NCBI GenBank assembly: GCA_002256025.1
Contig: NKIB01013883.1
Coordinates: 1-50,192 of the forward strand
Source: Asterionella formosa
Taxonomy: Eukaryota
Direction: 5' to 3'
Length of the DNA stretch: 50,192 nt
A program made the translations under genes and the position numbers. This document shows, piece after piece, positions 12,937 through 26,028 of the stretch; position 1 is the first letter of the stretch, and every line of letters starts with the position of its first letter. The notes under the pieces are model-generated. The model had not been told where the DNA came from and ran no database searches. It saw nothing but the letters and a program-made list of their open reading frames with translations.

Positions 12937-13292
12937 TCTACAACTTCGAATGCGCTGTGCTACTCTCGAGCACCCATGGACCTTGAGACCCTTGTACCTT
13001 CGGCTCGAGCACCAAGGTACCACTACAACTCAGTTTGACCCTGTTGCTTGTGATGTACTCCATATCATAAATATGTGTACCGGTATTACCTCTATACCGG
13101 CATGATGTAATACATCGGGTCCCTTTATTTTCAATACTTTCTTTATCCGGTATACTGTACTTGTACGCCTGGTACCAGGTACCAGGTACCAGGTAACGGG
13201 TATGCCGACACGACAGGGAGCTACAGGCAGACAGTACCAGTACCAGCACCAGTGAAAGTCCTGGTACCAGGTACCAGGTACCAGGTATCAGA

Positions 13293-13369
13293 GGAAGCAA
13301 GGTCCGGTAAAACACGTTTTGACTTAAGTAAAGATTAAGCTAAATACCTCAATTACCGGACCTTCCAGG
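13293..13369. mobile_element. mini TIR element (family B: gaaggtccggta...taccggaccttcc)
   Basis: aaggtccggtaa (~13299) and ttaccggaccttccagg (~13353-13369) form an inverted pair embedded in taccagg arrays. The same right end occurs at ~5335-5350 and ~21670-21686. Confidence 0.6.
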
Positions 13370-13833
13370 GTACCAGTACCATAGTAAGTACCTGGTTGGG
13401 TCTACTCGGAGTAACTGGTACTCCTGTAACAGGTACTCAGTGTCATACTCGTAAAGTGCCAGTACCAGGTACCTGGTACCAGGCGCCGATAAACGGGAAA
13501 ACCACGGTTTGCTGCTCTAGAAAGGGAAGTTGCATTCATCAACAAAAGACTACCGGTAAACTACCGGTTCGGACCGGTAGACTACCGGAATGTAACTGTG
13601 GTCGTATATAGAAATGTAGATGCGAGTGGAATTTGTTTGAGGCCCGGCGAATGATTGTCAAGAACGCAGAATCTCGGCCGTCGTCATTGTAAGAAGTCAT
13701 TGTTATATACATTTTTAGATTGCTACCGGGAATATCTAATCAACTTTGGCTTCCACCCATCAGCGTGGAGACGAAGGGGTACAGAATAATATAATTGATT
13801 AAACTGATCAACTCGAAGGTCCTGATCCGAGCA

Positions 13834-16800
13834 ATGGCGGACGATGTGAGTCTAAATTTCACAGGTGTATTTTTTATGTACATTCATTACTAAGTATGAT
13901 ATGATGCTGTCCCTTCATTCAGTATTGTTTACTATCTACCGGTTTACCTTTCAATACCGGTATACCATAGTTGAAAATTAAGACTTTCAGTTTGCAAACT
14001 AACTTGTCTGATTCTCTCCTGACTTTACCTAGGGAAGCGAACGGCGAGGGAACCGTCGACGTGGGAAAGGATCTCGTCAAAAGATCCGGAGATACACCAA
14101 TTTAGAAAATGTGATAGTAGAAGAAACCTTCTCGCTTTCAGTCCCGGCTGATACCCCTGCTGCAATTCGTATCGAGGCAGGGATAAAAGACGAGGATGAA
14201 AATACTACCGGTGACGGCTACTATATCTCGGCTACCGTGCAAAACAATCGCAGATACTATGGAGTACTCATAGACCAAGCAGCACTTAAAGCTGCTTCGT
14301 TGCTTCATTTTCAAGACGAGTCCAGATCTCTAGACTTAAACCGGAGAATGAAGTTCCTAAGAGAACAGCAACAAAGTGAGCAAATGTTTACGAACCAAGA
14401 TAATTTATCGCAAACAGAGGGACCTCCCCAGAAGAAAACCAAACTGGAATGCAGCAACGGCGCGATGCCCTCGGACACAACGAGTCGCATTGTTCAGAAG
14501 TTTCGCTATGTCGAGTCTACGTCCACGGAATGCAATGGCCTCGGATATCGCTTACTTCTGGCTACTTTCACTGACGTAGCCGCGGCAGCCGAAGATGACA
14601 CCCTAAAGGCACAAAAGATTCATGACGTTTGTCAAAGTGGAGGTGGGTTCGTCGAACAATATTACTATCAATATCAGGTAAGTGTTGTGCATTCTTCTAT
14701 AGCAGCAATTAAAAGTTGGATAAACTAATAACATTTTAAAGGTACTTGAGAGTTCCCTGGCATCCACGAAGATCGGGAAGCCAACTGATGTTGGACTTCG
14801 AACGTCAATGGGGTTCCAAGACTTCCTACTCAATACACCGCTGCCCATCTGGTTTCCATTGTCAAATCTTCAAATCAGTCAGCACAAGATTCTTTCTATG
14901 CTCCAAATGAAAAAAAATAACAAAGGCAACATTATTTGGGATTCGAAGGTCGCAGAGTCGAAAGCAGAAACAAGTAGCTCAATGACCGGGAGCCACATTC
15001 CCATCGAGCCAAGAGCATGCTATCGAATAGGAATTATCGGAGGCGGAATAGCTGGTCTAGCTTGTGCCTTGGAAATATTTAGACAGGCTGAACAAGACAA
15101 GATTGATGTTGAAGTTGTCCTTATTGAAGGTCGGTCGAGGCTCGGAGGCCGCATTGCGACGGACCAGTCGACTTTTAAATTCGAAGATGGGGATGTTTTC
15201 CCAGTCGACCTTGGGGCTTCTTGGATCCACGGGATCGATCATAACCCTTTGGCAGCATTGGCTAAAGACGTGGGAGTTGATTTTGTTACAGCCAGCGAGG
15301 AGGTGAAGATGCTTGGCCGAGCGATGAATCCTGTGAACAGCACTATCGACGAAAAGATGGGGAAGTTATTTGATGATCTTCTTGACGAAGCAGTAAGTTG
15401 AGCATGTGTGGAGCATATTTGTTTATACCCTTTGGCATTCATCTAATTTCACTCAAAAGGCTGACGATGTGTGGGACACTGAAGATTCCATTCCTGATGA
15501 CTCACGGACTCAAAAGGCGGTGAGGTGGTATGCCGCAGTCCTCGATGGGAGCGATGAAAGTCATCGCGAGCTCCCAACAAGTGATGCACCAACTCACAGA
15601 AAGTCTTCTGATGTTTCTATAGACCACTCGATTGGACAGGCTGTAGCGAAGAATATACACAGAGAATTTGAGCGATTCGGTCAGGAACACCACGCCTTAC
15701 TTCTTTGGAACATCAAGAACATTGAATATGCGCTCGGAGCAAACATCAGCGACTTGTCCATGAAATTTTGGGACAGCGACGAACGCCACGCATTCGAAGG
15801 CGATCACGTCCTTCTTAAACAAGGATATGCTTCTATTATCGATCACTTAGAAAACAAACTAAAGAATAAGGGAGACAAGTTCCAATGCATACTTGACTGT
15901 CCAGTTAAGAAAGTTGAATACGCTCGGAAGACTACAACGTTACCATACACTGCAAGTGAGACGGTAGGATTCCGTAAGCTTGTCGAAATGTCAGATAGCT
16001 GTTCTGTGTCGGCTGGAGTCAACAATACAAGCTACAGGTTTGATTTCCTTGTGAGTACATTGCCACTTGGAGTGCTAAAAGCATCTACATCAACTAGAGA
16101 AGATGAGATTGGGAAAGTCGAGTTTGACCCTCCTCTCCCATTTTCAAAGATTGACGCTATCGAGAATACTGGCTTTGGCTTGTTGAACAAAGTTTATCTC
16201 CAGTTTACTCGAGCGTTTTGGAGAATCCAATCCATTTTTGACGAAGAGCAAACTCTATTCGGCAACGCTTCAGGAGTAAATCCTCACCATTACTTGTTCC
16301 ACGATATTGGGAAGAGCCTAAATAAAGATTGCGATGCTCCTGCTGTACTTATGAGTTTAATCTCTGGGAAAGAAGCAGTAAGTTGTGAACTTGTTTCGGA
16401 CAACGAGTTGATAGAGGAAGTTATCCATACTCTTCGAACTCTTTTTACTGCCGATATGGTGCCTGATCCCATTGCGTTTAAAGTAACCCGTTGGGGTGCC
16501 GACCAGTTTGCTCGAGGTAGCTATACTTTCCTTCCACCCGGAGCGTCTGATCAAGACTTTCACATCCTGCAATCGCCTATCAACGGCAACGGTGATTCGT
16601 TGGTGTTAGAGGGTTCCGAAACTATGCGCTTGTTCTGGGCCGGAGAGCACACAACTGCTTTACACCCATCAATGGCTCATGGTGCAATGATGTCAGGTAT
16701 TCGTGCTGCAAAGGAGGTTCTATCAACAATTCAATTCAATTACAACGACGAGAGGTCCGGCTTCGAGAAAATGATTCCTCTGTCGATTTTTCGGAGAAAG

Positions 16801-18162
16801 AATCCGAATACAATGCTTCAGTGCAATCTTTGCAACGAGGTCGGTAGCAGGGTTCGTGAAGGATCACTGTTGGCGTTTCAGAAGGGCTCACGTCAAGTTC
16901 TTGTTCACAACAATTGCGGCGAAAATTCTCCTGAGGTTGAGGTAAGAGACGGTCAATGGAAGAGCGTCATCAAGGCAATTAACAGGGGGAAACAAATTAA
17001 CTGCTGCATGTGCGGAAGGGTTGGCGCAACAATCGGTTGTACCCAAGAAAACTGTTTTCGTTCCTTCCACTTCAGTTGTGCTGAAGACACTGGCTATCGG
17101 TTTGAACGTGACGGCAAGACGTACTTTTGCGACTTACATCGTACCTATGACACGCACGAGGAAACTGAGTGTGATCGCATTTCGATTGCTTTTTATCGAT
17201 CCAAGAAGCCAACTGTATCATTGAAATGCGCGTTTTGTGGGGAGGTTTCCTCAAGTGATGCAGGACGGCAAGGTAAGATCATGGCATTCCAGCAAAAAAG
17301 TCGGCAGCTTCTTGTCCACGACAAGTGTGCTAGGTACACAAACCTCATGGAAACCCTAGAGGATCCCAAGAGTACCAATGAGTTTGATTTTCAAAATCTT
17401 TTCGAAGTCTTGGCTGGAGCCAAAATCTGTTCCTTGTGCTCGGAAGGGGGTGCGACAATTCAGTGCACTGACGGCTCATGTGACTGCCATTTTCACTACC
17501 CCTGTGCCGAGGATACAGGTTGGAGGTTTGATAGAAAGGGACTTGCATTTAAGTGTGAGAATCACCGTAGTATGAACGGTTTCCGATCCAAGAAAATAAC
17601 AATGGATGCTACATCGATTCCACATGGGTTTTTTTCAAGTTCTAGAGGTGGGCCATTCTCGCACAACCTGTTCCAGACAGGAGGAGGTACAGTGGTAAAT
17701 TCGCCTTCCAAGATTCTTCGTTGTCTAGATGCCAGTGCTGTCAACTCGCAAATGGGCAGATCACGCCTGGATATTCACCAGCAGCACATAACACTTGCAG
17801 ACGAGGATGAAGAGATTGAAGTCTCCAGTGAGGAAGAAGTGGAAAGTATTTGTAATCCGATGCTACAGGTGTTGTCTCGTGTACCTTCGAAAATTTGTAG
17901 TAGCAAGTCTACTGTCATACAACTCACAAGAAAGTCGATTACGGCTCCCTGGCAATTCACTTTTATCCTTCAAGATTTAGAGCCAATGACAACCGTCCTT
18001 TGCGTCGAATTGAACACCCCGATTGACTCAACATCGAAGAGCTCATTATATGTTGAATCGATCAATGGTAATCGTATTGGCAAAGAAATCAACCATCTCC
18101 TCGATGCCATGGCAATGCTGGAATCTTGCCTTGAGTTGAATATTGGGGTAAACTCAAATTAA
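13834..18162 (+). CDS. LSD1/KDM1-like FAD-dependent amine oxidase with two C-terminal extended PHD-type zinc fingers (exons 13834-13845, 14033-14677, 14742-15392, 15460-18162)
   Basis: IGIIGGGIAGLACA...EGRSRLGGR, DLGASWIHG, TLPLGVLK, GFGLLNKVYLQF (conserved Lys), TRWGADQFARGSY, RLFWAGEHT...AHGAMMSGIRAA. Two C-x2-C...VH-x2-C...C-x2-C...GATI-x-C-x4-C-x3-FH-x2-CA...C-x2-H modules. Three GT-AG introns join the ORFs in frame. Exon 1 is less certain. Confidence 0.88.
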
Positions 18163-19079
18163 GAGATTTTTTCAGCACCAAAATCGGTTAATGAATGATG
18201 GGAGGGTGGGGACGATATTTGACATGAACTGGACAGTCGCAAACACTAACAATGGGTGTCGGACTTTGCCAACTCTACTGCCACGAACTGTTCAGCCATC
18301 ACTCCAGCAAAGCGTAGGGAAAACATAAACGAAGTGGTCCGCTTAGTCCATCATTACTCTTCAAACATGACAATGAACAGCGGAAACTGCACAATCATTT
18401 CTTCTAGTAGTAACTTTAAAGCTTCCTTGGTATTGAAAATCGAATGGATGATCTGGAGCAGGAGAAGAAAATTTTCTTTGGAGACTTTGCACACAAGGAA
18501 TCCATTGATATCAGCAACTCTAAGTACGATGCCGTGAAAGCTTTGCTTGTCTCACAAGGAACGAAGGCTCAGAAGTGGTTTCGCGAAGAATTCATGGCAA
18601 GCCCTGATGTCGTCATGATGAGGAGTTTCAACCATCGAGAAGCAGGGGCATCTGGATCTATATCATGGGCTGAAATTCCCCAATTTTCAACCTTTTTGAT
18701 GCCTTCTTAGGTTAGAATAATCCTTACTATATTTCATCAGATCAAATCAGATAACTTCAGAAAAATATGCAATGAAAAGTATGAGCATTTTTGCTCTGAG
18801 GTAACGGGTTCAAGGTTCGAGTCCTTTCTCACATTCTGAGTAATCCATAGCAAATCATAATTGCTGATTACTCTTAGTCATATGAAGAGATAAGGTTATT
18901 TTGTAGTGTGGGAGTTGATGACTTGCATTTTTCGGTAACTGCCACCAAATGGAATTATTGTTTCAAACGGCAAGGGAAAAGTTATATCGTCTGGTTCCAC
19001 TGGGAGTTGACGGAAACTCCAAAGTACGAAAAGTCACATACAAAACTCTGTTTTATCTGAAATCAACCTCATATCATGT

Positions 19080-19470
19080 TTTCCAAAAAAATGCAAAAGA
19101 ATGCGAAATTTGCAAAAGACCGCAGAAACCCAGAGTCAAATGCCGAAAAAATCGCATATCTGGGTTTTCTTGTCTTTTTGCAGTTTTGGTGCATTCGTCT
19201 CCAGGCTTTTGCATTCTTTTGTAAACTTTGCGTTCTTTTGCATTCTTTTAAGGTCTTTTCATTCGAACTCTCTGAGTGTGATACCACCACGTTTTCTTGC
19301 CATGTATTGAAAGCAATGTTCATATTGCCCCGGATGTTTAATGTCTTATCATAGCTCAAATTTGGTTTGACAAAATGATAGTTGTGCATACTTTTCAAGA
19401 AGTACGCCAACTTCGCAAAAGAATGCTAACTTCTCAGAAGCATGCGAAATTTGCAGAAGAATGCATGACT
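19080..19470. repeat. A-rich direct and inverted repeat cluster (tgcaaaagaatgcgaaatttgca units)
   Basis: Units at 19090-19125 and 19415-19465, with inverted units ttttgcattcttt at 19207-19250. Confidence 0.6.
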
Positions 19471-20639
19471 AGAATCTTAATAAAAGTTGCTGGCTTGGAG
19501 CATGCCATCAAATCTGTTACTAATCACACTCTCATGATGTTTATCTTTTGAGCTATGCTTGATTTGTTGAAATTATTTTCTTTAGGACTATTCTTCTATT
19601 CACTAGTCTTGTTATTCATACATCTACTTATATCATGAAAAGTAATAGTCATGCATACTGGGTAGTTGGAATGATGGTGCTGATAATTCCAAATTTCAAA
19701 TCCCAATGACTTCAATTGGGCTGGAAAAAGTAAAAAGATTTTGAGTTTGTTGGATAGAATGAATATCAAGATTTGCTGACTTTAGCTGACCAGTCATTGT
19801 CATATGCCAAGAATTCTGTAAAATTTTGGGCATTTTTGTAAGAATAAAATTAGGATAAAACCTACCTAAATGAATAGTGATACAGACAATTTCAACAGAG
19901 AATTCATGATGTTCTCCACTATCTTGAACACAAGTCACAAGCACCTATTAGGCACCACATTGTCTGTTTCAATAAAATGACTGCAATATGCAGATGTGAC
20001 TGATAAACTCCAATGTATTACAATTTTTGCTAATACACCAGGTACTGTTAGTCTACTACTGCAAGTTTCGGAAGTTTTGCTGAAACTGACAACAAGGCAG
20101 TGGAGAGGCACTCGAATTCAACTCAAATATCAAAATTATATTGACATAAAATAATTTTAAAAGTTTTGCGCTGGATCATTTATTTTAATTTTTATCAAAA
20201 TCAAGTTTAAAGAATTATCTTCTGAAAAAATGAAAAAAATTCCTCAAACCTTGCAATGATTGGGGGGATATGTGGAGATTGAGTACAGATGTATATATAT
20301 TACTGACATTACTGCATCATCATCAACACTTTCATGGTTGCACATATTCATCATCAAAAGCAAGTTGCCATTGTTCTACGGTTACATACTTCCTCATATT
20401 CCTATTGAGAAACTGTGTGGTGTCATGAAAAAAGCGTCCTCACGGAGCTCCTTTTTCCTCAAGATAGGCAAAGGCAACAATCGATAGAGCACGAAAACTT
20501 ATTTCAAATGTAGTTCCCAATTTTAATCTTTCTATTTATATTAAGTAATTTAGAAAAAAACGTTATTCTTATTAACTTATGACGATTTACAGAATCAGTC
20601 TCTGAACACGACTCGGACTCGTCTTCTAGCTTCGCAATA

Positions 20640-21450
20640 CAAATAGGAATCATCTCTTTTCTACTTTTAGAACTCTGACAACGACTATAATTTGCTGACA
20701 ACGAGAACTTGCCTTGCCAATAGTACTATATATAAGCATATGTAACGTCATCTCTATATTCATGTTCACAGTCATTATCACGCCAGATGCAACAGCCTAC
20801 CAGGATACCAGGTACCGCTATACTATTTGCAATATCATCATACTGCTACATATATCACACATCACAGCCCATATATACTATGGCTAGCAACATAGGATAC
20901 CGGTATATATTTTCAGGGTACCCGAGGTAGCCCTTATAGACGAAGCTAATATATAATTATTTAGCTTAGATGTTATAATTTCTTTCTGTATATAAAATGC
21001 TAGAGTGTAGTTCTTGTGCATGGCTGGAGAATCCTGCATATTGCTGTCTCCACCTTGACCTTGTTGAAAATAACGAATTTCTCCATGAAAAATAAAAATG
21101 ACATTATGCTATTTGGTAAATATATCTAACACAACATAGATAATACAATCGTAAAAAAATAATTGTAATAACACTAATATTGACAACGAAAATCGAAGTC
21201 GCCAATTGCACATTGCTTCACGTAGTTTAGATGATGCACAATTCAAAACAACGATGTTGCATACAAACAAATTTGACACTTTTACAGCATGCAGCACGCT
21301 ACACTACGGTAACCTGTTTTGTAGGTCGAACGAAATTTTGTTTGGTTCTCTATTTAAGTTATGTCCATTAATAGTCCATTGACATTTTCAAAATGACTCT
21401 TTTTTGTTTATGATTGCTGATCCAGCTGGTGACTACATACGACTAGAAAA
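20640..21450. mobile_element. dispersed repeat, inverted relative of 3900-4900
   Basis: Reverse-complement similarity over ~800 bp, including 20-bp minisatellite units. Confidence 0.8.
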
Positions 21451-22011
21451 TACGATTACCAGTAGTAGTAGGTGGACACAATTTCGATGATCAGAACACG
21501 ACTTGGATTTAATTAATGATAATTTAACATTGACGAAAGTTATTTAATTTAACAATGAAGAAAGTACTTAAGAGAGTTTGGAATGAAAAGCCAGCCTATC
21601 TCGTCCAGCAGGCATGAGATGATCCATTGGGAGTGCGTCGAAACTGAAAAGTTGCGCGTAAAACGTGCGCTACCGGACCTTCCTGGTGGTAACCGTATGT
21701 ACTGCCACTAGTTCGTTTCCATGTACCTGAAATACCAAATACTATGATACATACGTAAGGATATATTTTTATCACAGATTACTCGTATTCCGGTTTATAT
21801 ATACATATGATATGCTCACTTTAAATAAATATACAGGGAAAACCGGTTTGACTCCAGATCCAAAATACTGGTACTCAGGAGATTCGCTCTTTAAGATTCA
21901 TTCTGATGTGAGCAACGTCGAAAGAGGCAAGAAAAACTTGAGACGAATCGAATCTCATTCCCTACGTAATGATAAAGTATACTTACGCAACCGACAAGCA
22001 TACTTTGCTTC

Positions 22012-23938
22012 ATGCCAGTCTCTTTGTTGAACATAATCTTCACCGATTCGTTATATAACATGAATTACTCCAATGCCCCAATCCATATGAATGTTGTAAC
22101 ATTGCCATTGCTACACATTAGTAATTTTCACGAAAAAATGGCGCGACCATCAAGAATTGCCTTTGGCTCCTGCAATGATCAAACTAAGCTGAATCCGTTT
22201 TGGCCAATATTGGAGCAGCGTAAACCAGCAGCATTTATCTGGGGAGGCGATGCTATATACAGTGTGAGTTCGTGCCATTGTACCTATGGTAACTTGCGCA
22301 ACATGGCACCCACGACATCAATTCGTCTGAATGATGCAACTGTAAGAGGGCAAATAGTATTCTTATTTTAACAGCAATGTCATTTTAACAGCAATGTCAT
22401 TCTCCACCGAATCAACAGGATTTTGAACTTCCTGTGGACTGGAGCAGCTTTCCTCCCACAAAAGGAGGCTTCGATTGTGCAGACGAGCCTCGACTACGAA
22501 CACTCTATCATGAAATGCAAGAGGTAGTTGGATACAGGGCTTTTCTTGACAATACCAATGTAACCGTATTCGGAACTTATGATGGTGAGTCGCATTGCTT
22601 TTAATACATTTGGTTGTAGTGCAACCGCCTCATGCCTCATCCTGATCACCAGATCACGACTACGGCTGTAACAACGCTGACAGAAATTTTGAACATAAGC
22701 TTGGTAGTGCCATGGCTTATGTCGATTTTCTAGGTGAAGCAGAAGGATCACTTATGGCGAGGCGAGCTCGGGATGGCCATGGAGTATATGGAGTGAAGCT
22801 TTTTGATTTTGCGCGCCCAGATGGTCAAGAGCTAGTTGCCGATGATGAGGCTGGGATCGATCCGGACTTAGAGAGCATAGGTTCTCAGTCGAATATATCC
22901 AACAAGACGGTAGCAATTTTCGTCCTTGATGGTAGATATCACAAGTCGCCTTGGGAACAAGGCCATGCTAGGTATCGACCAGACTACCGCGGAGATTTTC
23001 TTGGTGAGCGCCAATGGCAATGGTTTGAGTCTGCTATTCGTCAATCACGAGCTTCGGTCAACGTTGTGGTAAATGGACTTCAGGTTCATACGAATCTGTT
23101 TCCTGACGGCAACCTCGCAGAGTCATGGAGTAAGTTTCCAGTTGCGCAACAGCGAATGTTCGATGCATTGCTGCAAGATGGGGTGGAGGCGCCGATCTTG
23201 ATTTCCGGTGATGTCCATATGGCACAGCTTCTGCGCAAAGACTGCAGACATACCAGTGAACCTACTCGACCTTCTAGACCACTAGTCGAAATGACGACTA
23301 GTGGAATGACACACTCTTGGGGTACCATAGCAAAACCGTTGGAGGAACCTCACCATGCTCCATCGGTGACAACGCGTTTCCAGTCATTAATTGCTGACTC
23401 CATGATGAGACTGCTGCACTGGATTTGCCCTTGGAATGATGTCTTGATTAGTCCTCATGAAGTCGAATCTAACATTCCAAATGGCCTTTTTGAAAATGGA
23501 GGCGGAGAAGGCGCCAAGACCGGCAAACAATTCTCGCTGCTTAAGAACTTCGGCGAGCTTGAGTTTGACTGGGACGACAGAACTGTGACCGTTCGAGTTA
23601 TTGGTGAAAAAGCCGTGGAAACCCCACTTTTGAGCGCGAAATGGAGTATGGATCAACTCTCAGGCCGTGTTAATATGCCCGGCAGCAAATTATCATCCAA
23701 CGACTTTGAACCTTTACCGAATTCGGTAGGTACCTGGACTTGTGTGAGTCACCGCGGGAATGCCAGTAATTTTGAGCAAATTCTGGGCCATGTAACAACG
23801 GGGGCTGCACTTTTTCTGCTATTGTCCTTTCCAATATTTCTTGCTATCTCCATCCTATTGTCTTTGGCTCGCCGTGGTCTCAACAGCAGTTTATCAGCTC
23901 AAACACTGTTTTCTTCGAGGTCATGTCGGCCAAACTAA
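22012..23938 (+). CDS. PhoD-family alkaline phosphatase/phosphodiesterase with C-terminal TM helix (introns 22264-22418, 22585-22652)
   Basis: RIAFGSC, FIWGGDAIYSD, spliced GTYDDHDYGCNNAD, VLDGRYH, FLGERQWQWF, ESWSKFP, LISGDVH, EMTTSGMTH, NFGELEFDW, and a hydrophobic C-terminus. The start codon is uncertain. Confidence 0.9.
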
Positions 23939-24199
23939 GGTCATGTGTTTCCTTCACTGGAAAAAAGACCATGAATGGTCCTTGTGATAACATAAACTAG
24001 TGTCTAGTATTGCATTTGCCCGTCTGCAGGCGGTATAAATGCTTGTTTCAACCACAGAAGTGGTAAACTTTACAGGGAGTGACCCCCTGAGAGTTGCCTT
24101 CTCTTAGTTTGCCAGTACTGACATTCTTGGTTCCATAATGACTCATCATTTGAAGGAGGAGATAAAGGTGGCTAAACTGAATTTGCTAATAGCAGTGCC

Positions 24200-24890
24200 A
24201 GCACATCGAGCAATACCAATTTCATTTGGGAGTTGTTACACATAATGATGCGTCAATTTGGTTAAAAATGCAAAAATGTTTTGGCCACCACATCAACTAA
24301 GACAAAATTTGCTTGGGTCTTGGTTGAGAATGACCCTGATATTGACCAAATATCAGGGATTTTGTTGAGAGACTACAACTGTAGCCAAACAAAAGAAGCA
24401 TTTCTATTGGTGCAGATTGTGGCTTGTGCTGGCATTGTAATGTCTATGGTTTAATTAGTGCATACATAATTACAGTACATATACCATGCTCGCTTTTTGT
24501 AGAACGCTTTAGTCCAATGTTAGCTTGCTTGGTGCATATACATATTGAATCAACATCATAATCATCAAAAGGATGGGTTCCGGTGTCATGTGGGAGAACA
24601 AGGACGAGGACAATGCACTCTCTCAGGTCGCCCTGGGTAGCAGTAAGTGAAGATACAATCACTGGGACTTGTCAGAAGGCAATCAAGTTTTGGGACCAAG
24701 TGTTCAAAATATATGTTGGGCTTATCCTGGATGGTAAGGATTGTACCTCAACAGCGTGCACTGCTCAATGGGGAATGATCAATCATGATATCACACAGAG
24801 TTTTAGCCTCTACAGTATTCACAGGTTACATCCATTCCTAAGCAAGTCAGGATGGACAGAAAACAATTACCTTGAAGATGGATAGGCGTA
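24200..24890 (+). pseudogene. PIF/Pong-Harbinger ORF1 (Myb/SANT, NAM-associated-like) remnant
   Basis: WVAVSEDTITGTCQKAIKFWDQVFKIY...AQWGMINHD...KSGWTENNYLED. Homologous to 48184-49200(-) at both DNA and protein level. Confidence 0.7.
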
Positions 24891-25928
24891 TTGCTAGCTG
24901 CGTAGGAGTAAGTTATGTAAGTGGCTTCTTCATTAATTTAGAATAATACACATATAACTACACTCCAGCTATATTTCTTTTCTCTAAAAATTTGAGCGCG
25001 AGATTTGAATACCAGTATTTTAGGATTTGGTCGATGCAGTGGAAAAAATATGAAAAATTCGACTGTTCATAAAAAATACTCGACGAATTGAAGTATTTTG
25101 GTAATTTCAACCAGCCCACATTGCACAGCATCTTTTATTAGTATATACAACTGCAAGTTGCTGCCATTTTGCTGAAATTGAAAATCGTGACGCAGGACAG
25201 GCGCTTAGATACATAGAAAACATCATTAATTCAATCTTTAAAATCGTCTGTATGATCACCACTTACCTGTAGTGATGTAGGATTCATGCTAATTTCATTC
25301 TTCCAAACAGGGAAACAACAACAATGGCTTACACAAGGAAAAGACTCTCCAAACTCAAAATTGTTCGCCTTTCCCGACCGAATTGATGAAAACAATCTAT
25401 CCTAATTAATGGTTTCAAAGTCGCTAGTTGGGATTGGAAATTCGCAACTGCAAGCATCATCATACACAACTACCCGATATTCTATTTACAGTACATATGC
25501 ATGTTAGCTATGTATACTATATTGACTGTCAATTAATGACAATACTAGTATATCGGTACTTACTGGTAAGCGAAAAAATTTGAAATCTCATCATTACACT
25601 CGCTTCCATGATCATTCCCATGTCACGATTCATCCTTTTAGCGGTGTCAATAGAAGAAATCAAATCTAAGCTACTTATCAATAACTTGTTTCACATCTTC
25701 TGCTTTAATTAATCATTCTATTGTTTTAGTCACCTTTGTAGTCATTGTACAGCTACTATGAAAGTGTCAAATTTGTTCACAACATTATCATTTTGAATTG
25801 TGAATGTATAAATTACATGAAATAGGCTAATATAGTTTTCGTTGTTAATATTAGTGTTATTACAATAATTCTTTTACGATTGTATTGTCTACATTGTGCT
25901 AAATGTATGTACCCAATATAGTCGAGTA

Positions 25929-26028
25929 CCAGCAAGTTGCGGTCATTTAGCTTAAATAAACAATTTAATATGGAATAAAGCAAGATAGCTAGACTTTTAG
26001 TTTCAGCGTGGTTATCGCAACTAGCAGG
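25929..26028. mobile_element. ~100-bp MITE (family A), opposite orientation
   Basis: ta|ccagcaagttgcggtcatt...tcgcaactagcagg|ta followed by cctggtaccaggta. Confidence 0.8.

Noticed and set aside
12938..13611. Short ORFs rich in VPGTWYQ/YLVPGT
   Set aside because: Translation artefacts of the taccagg arrays. The same peptides recur at 145-367, 27409-27771 and 37745-37951.
18190..18710. Small ORFs downstream of the LSD1-like gene
   Set aside because: Somewhat coding-like, but no family motif or convincing gene model could be built.
22366..22401. Direct duplication ttttaacagcaatgtca
   Set aside because: Local slippage inside a PhoD intron. The downstream acceptor at 22418 gives the in-frame product.
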